The position numbers and the translations under genes were made by a program. The notes beneath the pieces are model-generated. The model searched no databases. It was given only the letters and a program-made list of their open reading frames with translations, and was not told the origin of the DNA. A DNA stretch of 64,000 nt from Squalus acanthias. Lineage: Eukaryota. The stretch is from contig CM059432.1 in NCBI GenBank assembly GCA_030390025.1, positions 105,898,001 to 105,962,000 of the forward strand, in the 5' to 3' direction. Positions 9,925 to 20,618 of this stretch are shown here, one piece after another (position 1 is the stretch's first letter; each line of letters begins with the position of its first letter).

Positions 9925-10871
9925 AAACATAGAAACATAGAAAATAGGTACAGGAGTAGACCATTCGGTCCTTCGAGCCTGCAACGCCATTCAATGCGTT
10001 CATGGCTGAACATGCTACCTCAGTACCCCATTCCTGCTTTCTCGCCATACCCCTTGATCCCCTTAGTTGTGAGTGTTATATCTAACTCCCTTTTGAATAT
10101 ATTTAGCGAACTGGCCTCAACAACCTTCTGTGGTAGAGAATTCCATAGATTCACCACTCTCTGGGTGAAGAAGTTCCTCCTCAGCTCAGTCCTAAATGGC
10201 TTCCCTTTAATCCTTAGACTGTGACCCCTGGTTCTAGTTTTCCCTACCATTGGGAACATTCTGCCCGCATCTAATTTGTCTAAACCAGTCAGGATTTTAA
10301 ATGTCTCTACGGTGGCATAGTGGTTAGCACTGGTGCCTCACAGCGCCAGAGACCCAGGTTCGAATCTGACCTCGGGTGACTGTCTGTGTGGAATTTGCAC
10401 ATTCTCCCCGTGTCTGCGTGGGTTTCCTCCGGGTGCTCCGGTTTCCTCCCACAGTCCAAAAATGTGTGGGTTAGGTTGATTTGGCTATGATAAATTGACC
10501 CTTAGTGTTAGGGGGGATTAAATATGTGGGGTTATGGGGATAGGATGGGATATGTTAGGGGGAATTAAATACGTGGGGTTACGGGGGTAGGGTGGGATAT
10601 GTGTACTGTGGGGATTAAAGCAGGGACAGGGTACTGGATTTTTGGATGATCAGCCATGATCGTATTGAATGGCGGAGCAGGCTCGACGGGCCGAATGGCC
10701 TACTCCTGCTCCTAGATTCTATGTTTCTATGTAAGATCCCCCCTCATTCTTCTGAACTCCAGAGGATACAAGTTCAGTTGACCCAATCTTTCTTGATATG
10801 TCAGTCCGGCCATCCCAGGAATCAATCTAGTGAACCTTCGCTGCACTCCCTCAATAGCAAGAATGTCCTTC
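9925..10871 (-). mobile_element. 5'-truncated CR1 fragment nested in the full-length CR1
   Basis: (CATAGAAA)n tail at 9925; RGHSLRI..RRNFFTQRVV ORF; flanked by a CTTTAA duplication (9919-9924 and 10872-10877). Confidence 0.85.
10310..10731 (+). mobile_element. tRNA-derived V-SINE (HE1-like) with CR1-derived 3' tail
   Basis: A-box TGGCATAGTGG at ~10313, B-box GGTTCGAATC at 10357, V-domain TGTGTGGAATTTGCACATTCTCCCCGTGTCTGCGTGGGTTTCCTCCGGGTGCTCCGGTTTCCTCCCAC; tail shared with CR1 3' ends. Confidence 0.9.
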
Positions 10872-11479
10872 CTTTAAGAATTCCACACCCTCTAAGCCTT
10901 ACACACTCTGACTATCCCAGTTAATATTGGGGAAGTTGAAATCCCCTACTATTATTACCCTATTATTTCTACAACTCTGAGGTTTGCCTACATATCTGTT
11001 CCTCTATCTACCCTGACTGTTTGGGGGCCTATAGTACACTCCCAGCAAAGTGCTTAACCCCTTTTTGTTTTTAAGTTCTACCCATATGGCCTCATTGGAG
11101 GAACCTGCTAAGATATCATCCCTCCTTACAGCAGTAATTGACTCCTTGATTAATATTGCAACACCCCCTCCTCTTTTACACCCCCCTCTGTCTCGCCTGA
11201 AGATTCTATACCCCGGAATATTGAGCTGCCAGTCCTGCCCCTCCCTCAACCATGTCTCTGTGATAGCAACAATATCATACTCCCATGTGTTCATCAACAC
11301 CTTCAATTCATCTGCCTTACTCACAAGACTCCTTGCATTAAAATAAATGCCATCCAGCCTTGCCATACTCCCTTGTGCCGTTACATATTTGCTCTGCCTT
11401 CCAGGCTGACTTGTTTTTTCCTCTCTATTTGGCTGTGCATCACCCCCTACTATAGCTCCACTCCATATCCCATCCCCCT

Positions 11480-12434
11480 GCCAAGTTCGTTTAAACCCCC
11501 CCCAACAGTACTAGCAAACCTCCCGCAAGGATATTGGTCCCGTTCCAGTTCAGGTGCAACCCGTCCGACTTGTACAGGTCCCACCTTCCCCAGAATCAGA
11601 TCCAGTGATCCAGGAAACTAGAGCCCTCCCTCCTGCACCAACTCTTTAGCCACGCATTTATCTGCTCTATCCTCCTATTCCTATACTCACTAGCACGTGG
11701 CACCGGGAGTAATCCAGAGATTACAACCTTTGAGTTCCTGCTTTTTAATCTGCTACCTAGCTCCCTGAATTCTTGTTGCAGGACCTCATCCCTCTTTCTA
11801 CCCATGTCGTTGGTACCAATGTGAACCACGACCTCTGACTGTTCGCCCTCCCCCTTCAGAATGCCCTGCAGCCGTTCAGTGACATCCTTGACCCTGGCAC
11901 CAGGGAGGCAACATACCATCCTGCAGTGACGTCTGCGGCCACAGAAACGTCTATCTGTTCCCCTTACGATAGAATCCCCTATCACTATTGCTCTCCCACT
12001 CTTTTTCCTCCCTCCTGTGCAGCTGAGCCACTCGTAGTGCCACGGACTTGGCTCTTGCTGCATTCCCCTGAGAAACCATCTCCCCCATCAGTATCCAAAA
12101 CGGAAAATCTGTTGGAGAGGGAGATGGACCCAGGGAACTCCTGCACTACCTTTCTAGTTCTTTTACTCTGTCTGGCGGTCACCCATTTCCTGTCTGCCTG
12201 TGCACTCTTTACCTGCGGTGTGACCACCTCGTTAAACATGCTATCCACGAAGATCTCAGCTTCGCGGATGCTCCACAGTGACTCCAGCCGCAGCTCCAGC
12301 TCTGAAACGTGGATTTCGAGTAGCTGCAGCTGGAGACACTTCCTGCACATGTGTTCACCCTGGACACCGAAAGTGTCCCTGACTTCCCACATAGCACAGG
12401 GGGAGCACTCCACACTGCCGAGCTGCCCTGCCAT
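11480..12434 (-). pseudogene. CR1 ORF1 (zinc finger/leucine zipper plus SGNH esterase), frameshifted near 12000
   Basis: CSPCAMW..CRKCLQLQLLE..ELELRL, then IVIGDSIVRG..VVHIGTND..ISGLLP. Confidence 0.85.
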
Positions 12435-12851
12435 GTCCTACCCTTAATTTACTCCCTTTACTTACTTTAAATTAAAGAATATTAAATACACTAGCGACCT
12501 TACTTCCTTTTAAACACTACTTACTCTAAACTAGAGACCTTACTTTTTTTTAATGACTGGAGTGTAGAAATACTCACCAGATCCTACTTACCAATCAGCT
12601 CCTTCCCTGATTATGATGTCACTTTAGCGGTTTTGCAGTTGTTGTTGTTTGACTGCTCCTGCTCTTGAACTCTTTCCTTGGTGTAAAGTAAGAACCAATT
12701 CCCAACTCGCAGCACTCTGTTTCAACCGCACTTTTATTTTTCTCCAGATGCAGTTGGGGGGTGTCAGAGCTGAACTCCAGCTGGTTCTCTGTCTCCTCTT
12801 GTGCAGCTTTTTCCCTCCTGCTCTCCTGGAAGCTGACAAAGATAGAAAAAC

Positions 12852-12963
12852 ACCTACCTACCTACCCACCTACCCACCTACCCACCTACCCACCCACCCA
12901 CCCACCCACCCACCCACCCACCCACCCACCTACCCACCTACCCACCTACCCACCTACCCACCC
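12852..12963. repeat. (CCCA/CCTA)n microsatellite in the CR1 5'UTR
   Basis: Tetranucleotide run seen directly. Confidence 0.95.
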
Positions 12964-13304
12964 TCAGTCACCAAACTCACAGCTTAACACTCTGTTCCGA
13001 TCTGCACTCTTGCCTCCCTTATTTATACTGCTGAGATTGAAATAAGTGAGCTCTCTGGCAGTTACAGAACCAGATTAGACCAGTTAATTAATTAATTACT
13101 CTCACCTGCTCTCCAGCACAGAGTTTGCTTAGCCCTGCCCAAGCCTGGAAGAAACTTAAAACTTGAAACAGTAAATTTAAATTTAAGTTAAATGCTAATT
13201 GCAAGCACACAAGACTAGATTTTATTAAAGAAAAGAGATTAACCTTTAAGATTTACTCCCTCACTCACCAAACTCGCAGCTTAACACTCTGTTCCGATCT
13301 GCAC

Positions 13305-13461
13305 TCCGCTGCTTTAAACGCTGGGGAGGAGCCGTCCAATACTCAGCGGAGCGGGTGTCCCATTTCATGCTGGCCTGCTGCATGCTTCACAACTTGGCCA
13401 TCATGTGGACGCAGCCCTTGCCACCAGGGAGTGTGGGACCACCTCGGAGGAGGACAATGGA

Positions 13462-13493
<32 letters not shown>

Positions 13494-13593
13494 TGAGCAA
13501 GAGGAAAAGGAAGAGGACGAGGATGAAGGGAGGAGGAAGGCAGCCGATCTCAATTCCAGACGGGCTGTCCATGAACGCATCATCAAACTCTAA
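13305..13593 (+). pseudogene. Harbinger transposase 3' part of copy A
   Basis: [28 protein letters not shown] plus acidic tail, continuing the gene broken at 2456. Confidence 0.85.
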
Positions 13594-13799
13594 TTCGAAT
13601 GAATGAAACCCCAGATCCCCATTGCTCACCACCTCCCCATCATATCATTCCTCTGTCATGGAATATCACAGTGTTCTCCTGGGCACAGAGCTGAAATGAG
13701 AGACACCACAATAGATTCTAAATAAAATTAATAAATTTATCAAAAATGAATTGACACATGCAATATGAACAAATCACTCTTGTGCAATCCCTTAATGCC

Positions 13800-15399
13800 T
13801 GTCATTCAGGTGCCCTTTCCTGATCTAGTGCTCCTACGAAGTGCTTCCCCAGTGGCTGCAGCATGGCTGGTGGAAGGCTGCTGAGTGTCCATGGAGGAGA
13901 CTTCAGATGGCCTTGCTGGACAACCTCGAGCATCTCTGGCCCTAGAAGGCCCGGCTGTAGACTACACCACCTCAGCATGGGCGGCAGCAGTCTGGGATGG
14001 CTGGATGACAGGCAGCGGCAAGGGCAATGGTGGAGTGCCAGTGGTGGGAGCAGGAATACTGTCATCCTGAGAGAGGACAGCAGGGTCCTGCTCCACAGAC
14101 ACACTGCCACTCCCCCGGGGCGGCGCCTCAGCATTCCTAGCAATCTGTTGGAGCACAGAATTCTGGGCTGCTGCAACACCCTGCAAGCCCCCGGTCAACA
14201 GTGGTAAACCCAGCCATGATGACACCAGTCTGAGCATAGGTGGCATCAAGTTGAGACTTCATGAGAGCAGGTCTGCACTAAGAAGTTGAGTCACTTCTGC
14301 CTGTGTTGCAATGGCAGACGCGACATCGCCCATCACATGCAACATCATGTCTGGGTTGACACGGTCTCTTCGGGAGTATTCCATCATTTCCAGCCTGGAA
14401 ATCCTGGGCTCCAAGCTCTGCGCAAAGCCCTGTGCAATGTTGGAGGTGGACTTTTCCATGCTCCTTGACATTGACAAGAGGGTCTCTGGCAAGCTTGCCA
14501 TTGCACCTAGCAATTCGGTGTGCATGCCCATCACCCTTCTTCTGAAGGCCACCCCATCGAGGTCCTCATCTGAGTTCTGTGCAGCAGAACCCACGTGCGA
14601 ATATGCCCGCCGGGGAGCTGGCCCCCGAGCTACCCTATCTCCCTGGCTTTGCTGCAGCCCACTCGTGCTCGGTGCCTCACTCTGTGGAGATCCCACTTCT
14701 ACACTAACCTCTAAAATACATGCAGTGCCAGTGTCTGAGCTGGTGTCTGCGAGTGACAGATACAGTGACACTGTGTCTTCTTCCTCTTCTCCTCCCCCCT
14801 CGCTCTCCTGCATCGCCTTGGGGACAGGCTGCTCGGGTGCTTGTTCTTGATTAGCTGAAAGCAGGAAGGCACAGGAGTCAGGTTATGGTTAGGGGAGGGG
14901 GTGGAGCAAGATATTCATGCGTACAGCATAAGCAACTTGAAAGTGAGAAGAGATTGTGGGATGAGGGGGGAAGTGGGATGTGAGAAGAAGGATTAAGAAT
15001 GAGCATACCATTGTTGTCCCCAAGGGATTCAACCTTGCCGGTTGCCACGACCTCCATGATCTGCCACCCAATGATCGCTAGCACTCTTTCCTCCAGGTCG
15101 GTGTGAGGCTTGTGGTGCAGATGGTGGGATATGGCATTTGCTGAAGCCTTCATTCACCTTGACCTGCCATGTGAGGTCATTAAACTTCTTTCGGCACTGG
15201 ATGGCTGACCTGGGGACCACAGTGCTGGCTGTCACATAGCCGGCTATCTCCTGCCAGAGCCTTTGAGATGTATGTGGCAAGGACTTCCTGCAGTCTGCGG
15301 GAAAAGGACAGCCTGCCTTCTCTCCATGGCCACGACCAGTGCCTCAAGGGCTGCGTCTGAGAATCTGCGGGCTCTCTCTCTGTGCTGAGGCTCAGCCAT
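13800..15399 (-). pseudogene. Harbinger Myb/SANT gene of copy A, decayed
   Basis: MAEPQHRERARRFSDAALEALV; WQEIA..RSAIQCRKKFNDL; exon-3 pieces homologous to 4448-5424. Confidence 0.85.
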
Positions 15400-16395
15400 G
15401 TGCTTCCACTGCCATCTTCTTCCAGCTGAAGTTGTAAGTGGATTGACAATGAGGTGCTGTAGCATCAATGCACCTCCCCTTTAAGTACTGAATAAAGCCT
15501 GTGCCAAACCTGACTGTGAATTAGACTGGATCCGATATTGCCCACCTGTTGAGCAGTAAATGGTTTTAGAGCTGAGATCAGCACTATAATCATGTTAATG
15601 AGGACTGAGCACGAATTTTGTGTGCTACCAAGACCATTTTGACCTGGCGCAACTTAATGTCATTGAGCATTAACACTGCCTGTGGTCATATCCAATTTCT
15701 AGGCCTATAATTGCAAGTTCTTTCTTTTTGAAAGGGAAAGTCTGAATTGCAATATGTGCCATGCTCAAGGCAAGGGGATCTTAAAGTCTTGTCAACCTCT
15801 CACGAATTGAGCAAAACTCTCAAATCCTTGGGGCAGTGGGGACCTTTTCAAAGATAACAAAAAGAAAAGTGAAAGAACCCTCCAGAAGGGTCAACAGAAC
15901 CCACCACAGAAAGACTTTGGAAAAGGATTATGATTTTCATTCTTTGGTAAATGTTCATGGCAAAGCAAAAACAAGGTGAATATTTGCTGCTAAAGCCATG
16001 AACCCTGGAAAGAGAGAGAAAGGGAGAGATATTGCATGTAATTAACTTGATGGCATATTTCAATATGATTTATATAATTTTGTCATGTGTTTGCAAACAA
16101 ATGTAAAAAGTTTGCAACCAATTTTTCATGTATCTTCAATACTGACTGTCACCGACAATTGTTTCAGCACACTGGGGTCATGTGGCAAGCCTTTAGATCA
16201 GCTTCACTTGTGAAGCATTGTCTCTCAGTGCTGAGCCAGACAGCCAGCAGAGGCACTTTATGGATGAAGTGAGCAAACTCATTCCTCTGTATGTCCCATT
16301 GATGGAGCGTGGAGTGGCACTAATAATGAAGTCATTGTTCACGGCTTGCTTGTCTGCAGTCCTGGATAACAGACATTAGGAAGGTAGAAGTTTTG

Positions 16396-17439
16396 AACAT
16401 ACATACGAACATACGAATTAGGAGCAGGAGTAGGCCACTCGGCCCTTCGAGCCTGCTCCGCCATTCAATAAGATCATGGCTGATCCGATTACACCACATT
16501 CCCACCTACCCCCAATAACCTTTCACCCCCTTGCTTAACAAGAATCTATCTACCTCTGCCTTAAAAATATTCAAAGACTCTGCTTCCACCGCCCTCTGAG
16601 GAAGAGAGTTCCAAAGACTCACGACCCTCTGTGAGAAAAAATTTCTCCTCATCTCTGTCTTAAATGGGCGACCCCTTATTTTTAAACAGTGACCCCTAGC
16701 TCTAGATTCTCCCACAAGAGGAAACATCCTCTCCACATCCACCCTGTCCAGACCCCTCAGGATCTTATATGTTTCAATCAAGTCACCTCTTATTCTTCTA
16801 AACTCCAGCGGATACAAGCCTAGCCTGTCCAACCTTTCCTCATAAGACAACCCACCCATTCCAGGTATTACGATAGCAAAATACTGCGGATGCTGGAAAT
16901 CCGAAATAACAACAGAAAGCGCTGGAAAATCTCAGCAGGCCAGGCAGCATCCGTGGAGAGCGAAACAGAGTTAACGTTTCAGGTCGAAGACCTTTCGTCT
17001 GACAAAGGGTCTTCGACCTGAAACGTTAACTCTGTTTCTCTCTCCACGGATGCTGCCTGGCCTGCTGAGTCATTCCAGGTATTAGTCTAGTAAACCTTCT
17101 CTGAACTGCTTCCAACGCATTTACATCCTTCCTTAAATAAGGAGACCAATACTGTACACAGTACTCCAGATGTGGTCTCACCAATGCCCTGTATAACTGA
17201 AGCATAACCTCCCCACTTTTGTATTCAATTCCTCTCGCAATAAACGATAACATTCTATTAGCTTTTCTAATTACTTGCTGTACCTGCATAGTAACCTTTT
17301 GTGATTCATGCACTAGGACACCCAGATCCCTCTGCATCTCAGAGCTCTGCAATCTCTCACCATTTAGATAATATGCTTCTTTTTTATTCTTCCTGCCAAA
17401 ATGGACAACTTCACATTTTCCCACATTATACTCCATTTG
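16396..17439 (-). mobile_element. CR1 3' fragment interrupted by a Penelope-derived palindrome
   Basis: RT C-terminal ORFs 17026-17472 and 16506-16859; hairpin tail with CATACGAA repeats. Confidence 0.9.
16871..17070. mobile_element. 200-bp fold-back element derived from a Penelope-like terminus
   Basis: 14-bp TSD CATTCCAGGTATTA; long inverted repeat centred at ~16999; closely matches the terminus of the PLE at 43316-43450. Confidence 0.85.
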
Positions 17440-17618
17440 AAGGGAAAGAATGAAGGTGGGAAACAAAACCATACAATTTGTTAGCTCTATTCCATAGGCA
17501 GATAGAATAACAAGTAACCTTTTAAATCTATGGCCTTTTTACCATTATTGGACTAGGTTCTGTAACTTTCTGTTCCTTCGTTCAATTTGAATGACACTCC
17601 AACACTAATCTAGCCAAT

Positions 17619-18366
17619 GGGCCAAAAATTCGGCACTTGCCGGGTGAGTACGCACTGTGTACTCACCCGTAAGCCCTCCTGAAGTGCCGGTTTCCTGCAT
17701 GCACTGCACATGCGCGGGAAACTGGAACTTCCGGTCTCGTGAAGGGAGGGGTTCAGAGGTGAACCACGTGCACGGTAGAGGCTGCGCACACGCAGCAAAC
17801 TTAGGGGTTTTTTCAGGTTTCTCCGGGAAGGTAAGTATTGAAGAAGCTGCGCTTTTAAAAAGGAGGCGCAAAACCCGTTTTCAACAAGGTAAGTGGTCAA
17901 TTAATTACAATTTAAAAAAAATTTCAACAGGTTTATCTTTTTTAGATACATTAAAGAAAGGTAAGTTTATTTTTAGCACTGTTAAAAAGTATTTAAATTT
18001 TTGTTTAAAGTAGTTAATTTATTTAACTTATAGTTATTTTAAAAATGTGATGGTTTTTTAAAAAATTTATTTGAAGTTTAGGTGTTGTTTTGGGGCCGAT
18101 TTCAATTCATAGATTTGACAGGTCTTACTGTCAAATCTATGAATGAAAGATGGTCTGCTGCCATTGGCTCTCCATGGCCCACGTGATCCCAGGGGACGCA
18201 TCGCACTAACTACACCCCTGCGATACACAAGCACTGCGCGCCGGCAGTTGGGGGAGGCCCAGGAGCTGAAGTCCCCGTGGGCCCAGAGGTCAACGGCAGG
18301 CGCGGTAGGTAGGTGCGCGCGGGATCCTTGCACCCGCGGGAAGCCAGGGAGCCGAATTTCTGGGCC
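17619..18366. mobile_element. Non-autonomous Harbinger-type element (748 bp), CpG-rich
   Basis: TIRs GGGCCAAAAATTCGGC / GCCGAATTTCTGGGCC; TSD AAT. Confidence 0.85.
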
Positions 18367-18791
18367 AATGTGTACAGTAACTGGCCATGCAGGACTGTTT
18401 GAGTGATGTACTCATTCACTTCTCTGTATGGCTGGTTGCCACATAGTTAACTATTTATGTCTATATGCAGAATTAGCCCCATAATCGTATCCTTAAGCAT
18501 CTTAGCAAAAAGAAGCAGACATACTTTCAAAGGAATTAAAATAAACCCAGACAGTGTGCTGCTTTAGGGGGGTTGGCTTTAGCTGGCGTTCTTACTTAAA
18601 CCTGCACTGTTCTATGTGCTACTGAGACAATACTGTGAGCACTTCAAATAATTTACAACGTCACTACCAGATTTCAACACCATAGTTAATGAATTTTCCA
18701 GTGAAATTTTTCCTGATGTAGTTTCTGGAACCAAAGAGGTGACAAATGGATTCTGTTTTACTGTAGCCAGCCAGAGTGGATATGAGTCTAG

Positions 18792-19384
18792 AGGATGGAA
18801 ATTGGTTATGATCTATTTTAGGCGCAGACAGCGTGCGCCCGAAAAAGGAGGCCTGATGCGTGCCCTAACTTAGGCCTCAGGCCTCATTTCAATACTGGAG
18901 ACCTCCAGAGACAGCTGGCTCATTTCTAAGGGATCAATTTTGGACCCCTGCCTCACTAGCACCATCCCTTAGCTATGTCCCGGAGGGGGGAGGACATCAG
19001 GAGGAGGGCTGATTGGGACCAGCAGTGGCCCTCGGGAGTGCTGTGTAGCCAGGAGAAGCACTCCTGCTCCTCCTGGCTCCACATTAAGTTGTGAAAAAAA
19101 TTTACTTATCTTTTTGCTAGGCCGCATCCACAACAAGAAATGTTGAGTGGAGCAGGCCCAGCACCTGCTCTACTCCGGGAAACCCAATTTGGCAGAGGGG
19201 TCCTAAAACAGGTGCAGGCCCCTCATTAACACATGTAAGGGACCTAACGCCTGTTTTAGATGGCAATATGAGGTCAGCCATATTTCAGGCGTCCTTGGGC
19301 ACGGACATAGACCCGTGAAATTGGTACTTTTTGCTCCCATTTTTCACCCGGAAAATGAGCACAACGAGGATCAAATTCTACCCC
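18792..19384. mobile_element. Older non-autonomous Harbinger-type element
   Basis: Degenerate TIRs AGGATGGAAATT / AAATTCTACCCC; TSD TAG. Confidence 0.65.
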
Positions 19385-19716
19385 TAGATATTAGAAGCTG
19401 AATGTTTAACACACTTGCATGTCATTGCTCTATTTGCTATTTAGGCAGGGGTGTTGAGCTATTTAAAATAAGTAGTGGACAGAATAATGCCCAATAAGCA
19501 TGTTAAGAATTTGTGCACTGTTGTCCCCTACAATACCTTCTAGGTTTGGGGCTCTAGTACATGGCATCACAGTGATAGTGTGCAATGAGAAAGATAACTT
19601 CTAAAGTGTGTTTTTTCTTAACACTAATTACTACCGTATGTATGAGAAAGATACCAAGACAGTGAAGTCTCAAGGTAACACGTGTAATAGTATTCATCCA
19701 AGTCATTGCACTCTAA

Positions 19717-19822
19717 GGGTTAGACCTTGGCTTTGTGCAATAGTGTAAAACGGGTGAAGTCAATGGAAATAAAAATCGTTATCACCCATTTTACACTATC
19801 GCACAAAGTCAAGATGTACCCC
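19717..19822. mobile_element. Hairpin MITE (Tourist/Harbinger-like), 106 bp
   Basis: Inverted arms of about 40 bp (GGGTTAGACCTTGGCTTTGTGCAATAGTGTAAAACGGGTGA vs TCACCCATTTTACACTATCGCACAAAGTCAAGATGTACCCC); flanks TAA/TAG. Confidence 0.8.
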
Positions 19823-20618
19823 TAGATATTCTTAAGAGAGAATCCAAGTCATTTCCCTGTGATTTTGTCAAGGTTTTGGCAGAATTGACTTTGATGCAAC
19901 TTTACAAGGATTCTTTTTTTGGGCAATGTTAAAATCTATGGCTCTGGTTTGTTGCAGAATTCGGCCTGAGCTGAGAGTACAAACTCATTTCATTTTGAAT
20001 GTTTAATAGAGAGAAAATACGTTAATCCAATCTGTTTTGGTAAGATTAGAACAGTATCCAAGAGGCGAAAGGCCAGTATTTAACCTACTTTGCCATTCAA
20101 TTCCTACTCAGTTGGAATTCAAACAATTTGGAAAGGATGCAGGATTTAATATAAATGGCAATTTAAATAAGGCAAGTTTGATATTAATTTTGACAGTTTA
20201 TTAACTCTTTCTGGATATGAAAGGCAGACTGCTTTCTAAAACCAACATATCAAAACTCACCTAAACTTAATTTGCCTTATCATGTTTAACACTGGGTTAT
20301 TCCTCTCAGTTATGTGGCTGTCCAAATAACTTTGTCAAGGAGTTAAATTCTACTGTGCAAAAAATTAATTGTGCATTGTCATTTTAACATTGAGGTTTTT
20401 CAATCGACTCTTGTGGTCTTAAAAGTGTCTCAAAGCTTGTGTATACTAAACTTCAGGTTAAAATTACCAGACGATGAAGATCTTACAATGGGTACTTGAT
20501 TTTCCTAATGTGATCTGCAATAACTGTAGCTATAATATTTTATGGACAGTTTATTGTCTGTTTATCACTTAGATTATAGGTTGTTTGGTCACCCTGAGAC
20601 TATTTATCCAAAGTGAAT

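Larger units (their letters stand above)
7603..11366 (-). pseudogene. CR1 ORF2 (APE endonuclease plus reverse transcriptase), frameshifted and interrupted
   Basis: ORF pieces: YFNARSL..AITETWL (11004-11366), DSDHNSV (9508-9990), KSPGPD, DFSKAFDKVPH (8594-8986), QGSVLGP and FADDTK (7603-8622). Confidence 0.92.
2457..13305 (-). mobile_element. Full-length CR1 LINE (5'UTR, ORF1, ORF2, microsatellite tail) with four nested elements
   Basis: 5' end at ~13305, ORF1 12434-~11480, ORF2 11366-7603. The 3' tail (CATAGAGT-type units on +) is broken into 7531-7545, 6627-6637 and 2457-2465 by two Harbinger insertions. Confidence 0.9.
1094..15705. mobile_element. Old two-gene PIF/Harbinger transposon (copy A), interrupted by a ~10.8-kb nested insertion
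   Basis: Degenerate TIRs GATCTCGAAATT / AATTTCTAGGCC. The transposase is split at 2456/13305 (..LKQW-F-RC..GGAVQYS..). A Myb-like pseudogene lies on the minus strand at ~13800-15399. Confidence 0.8.

Noticed and set aside
10310..10375. tRNA gene
   Set aside because: The A and B boxes belong to a SINE head that continues into the V-domain.
12649..13045. Pro/Thr/His-rich ORFs
   Set aside because: Translation of the (CCCA/CCTA)n microsatellite.
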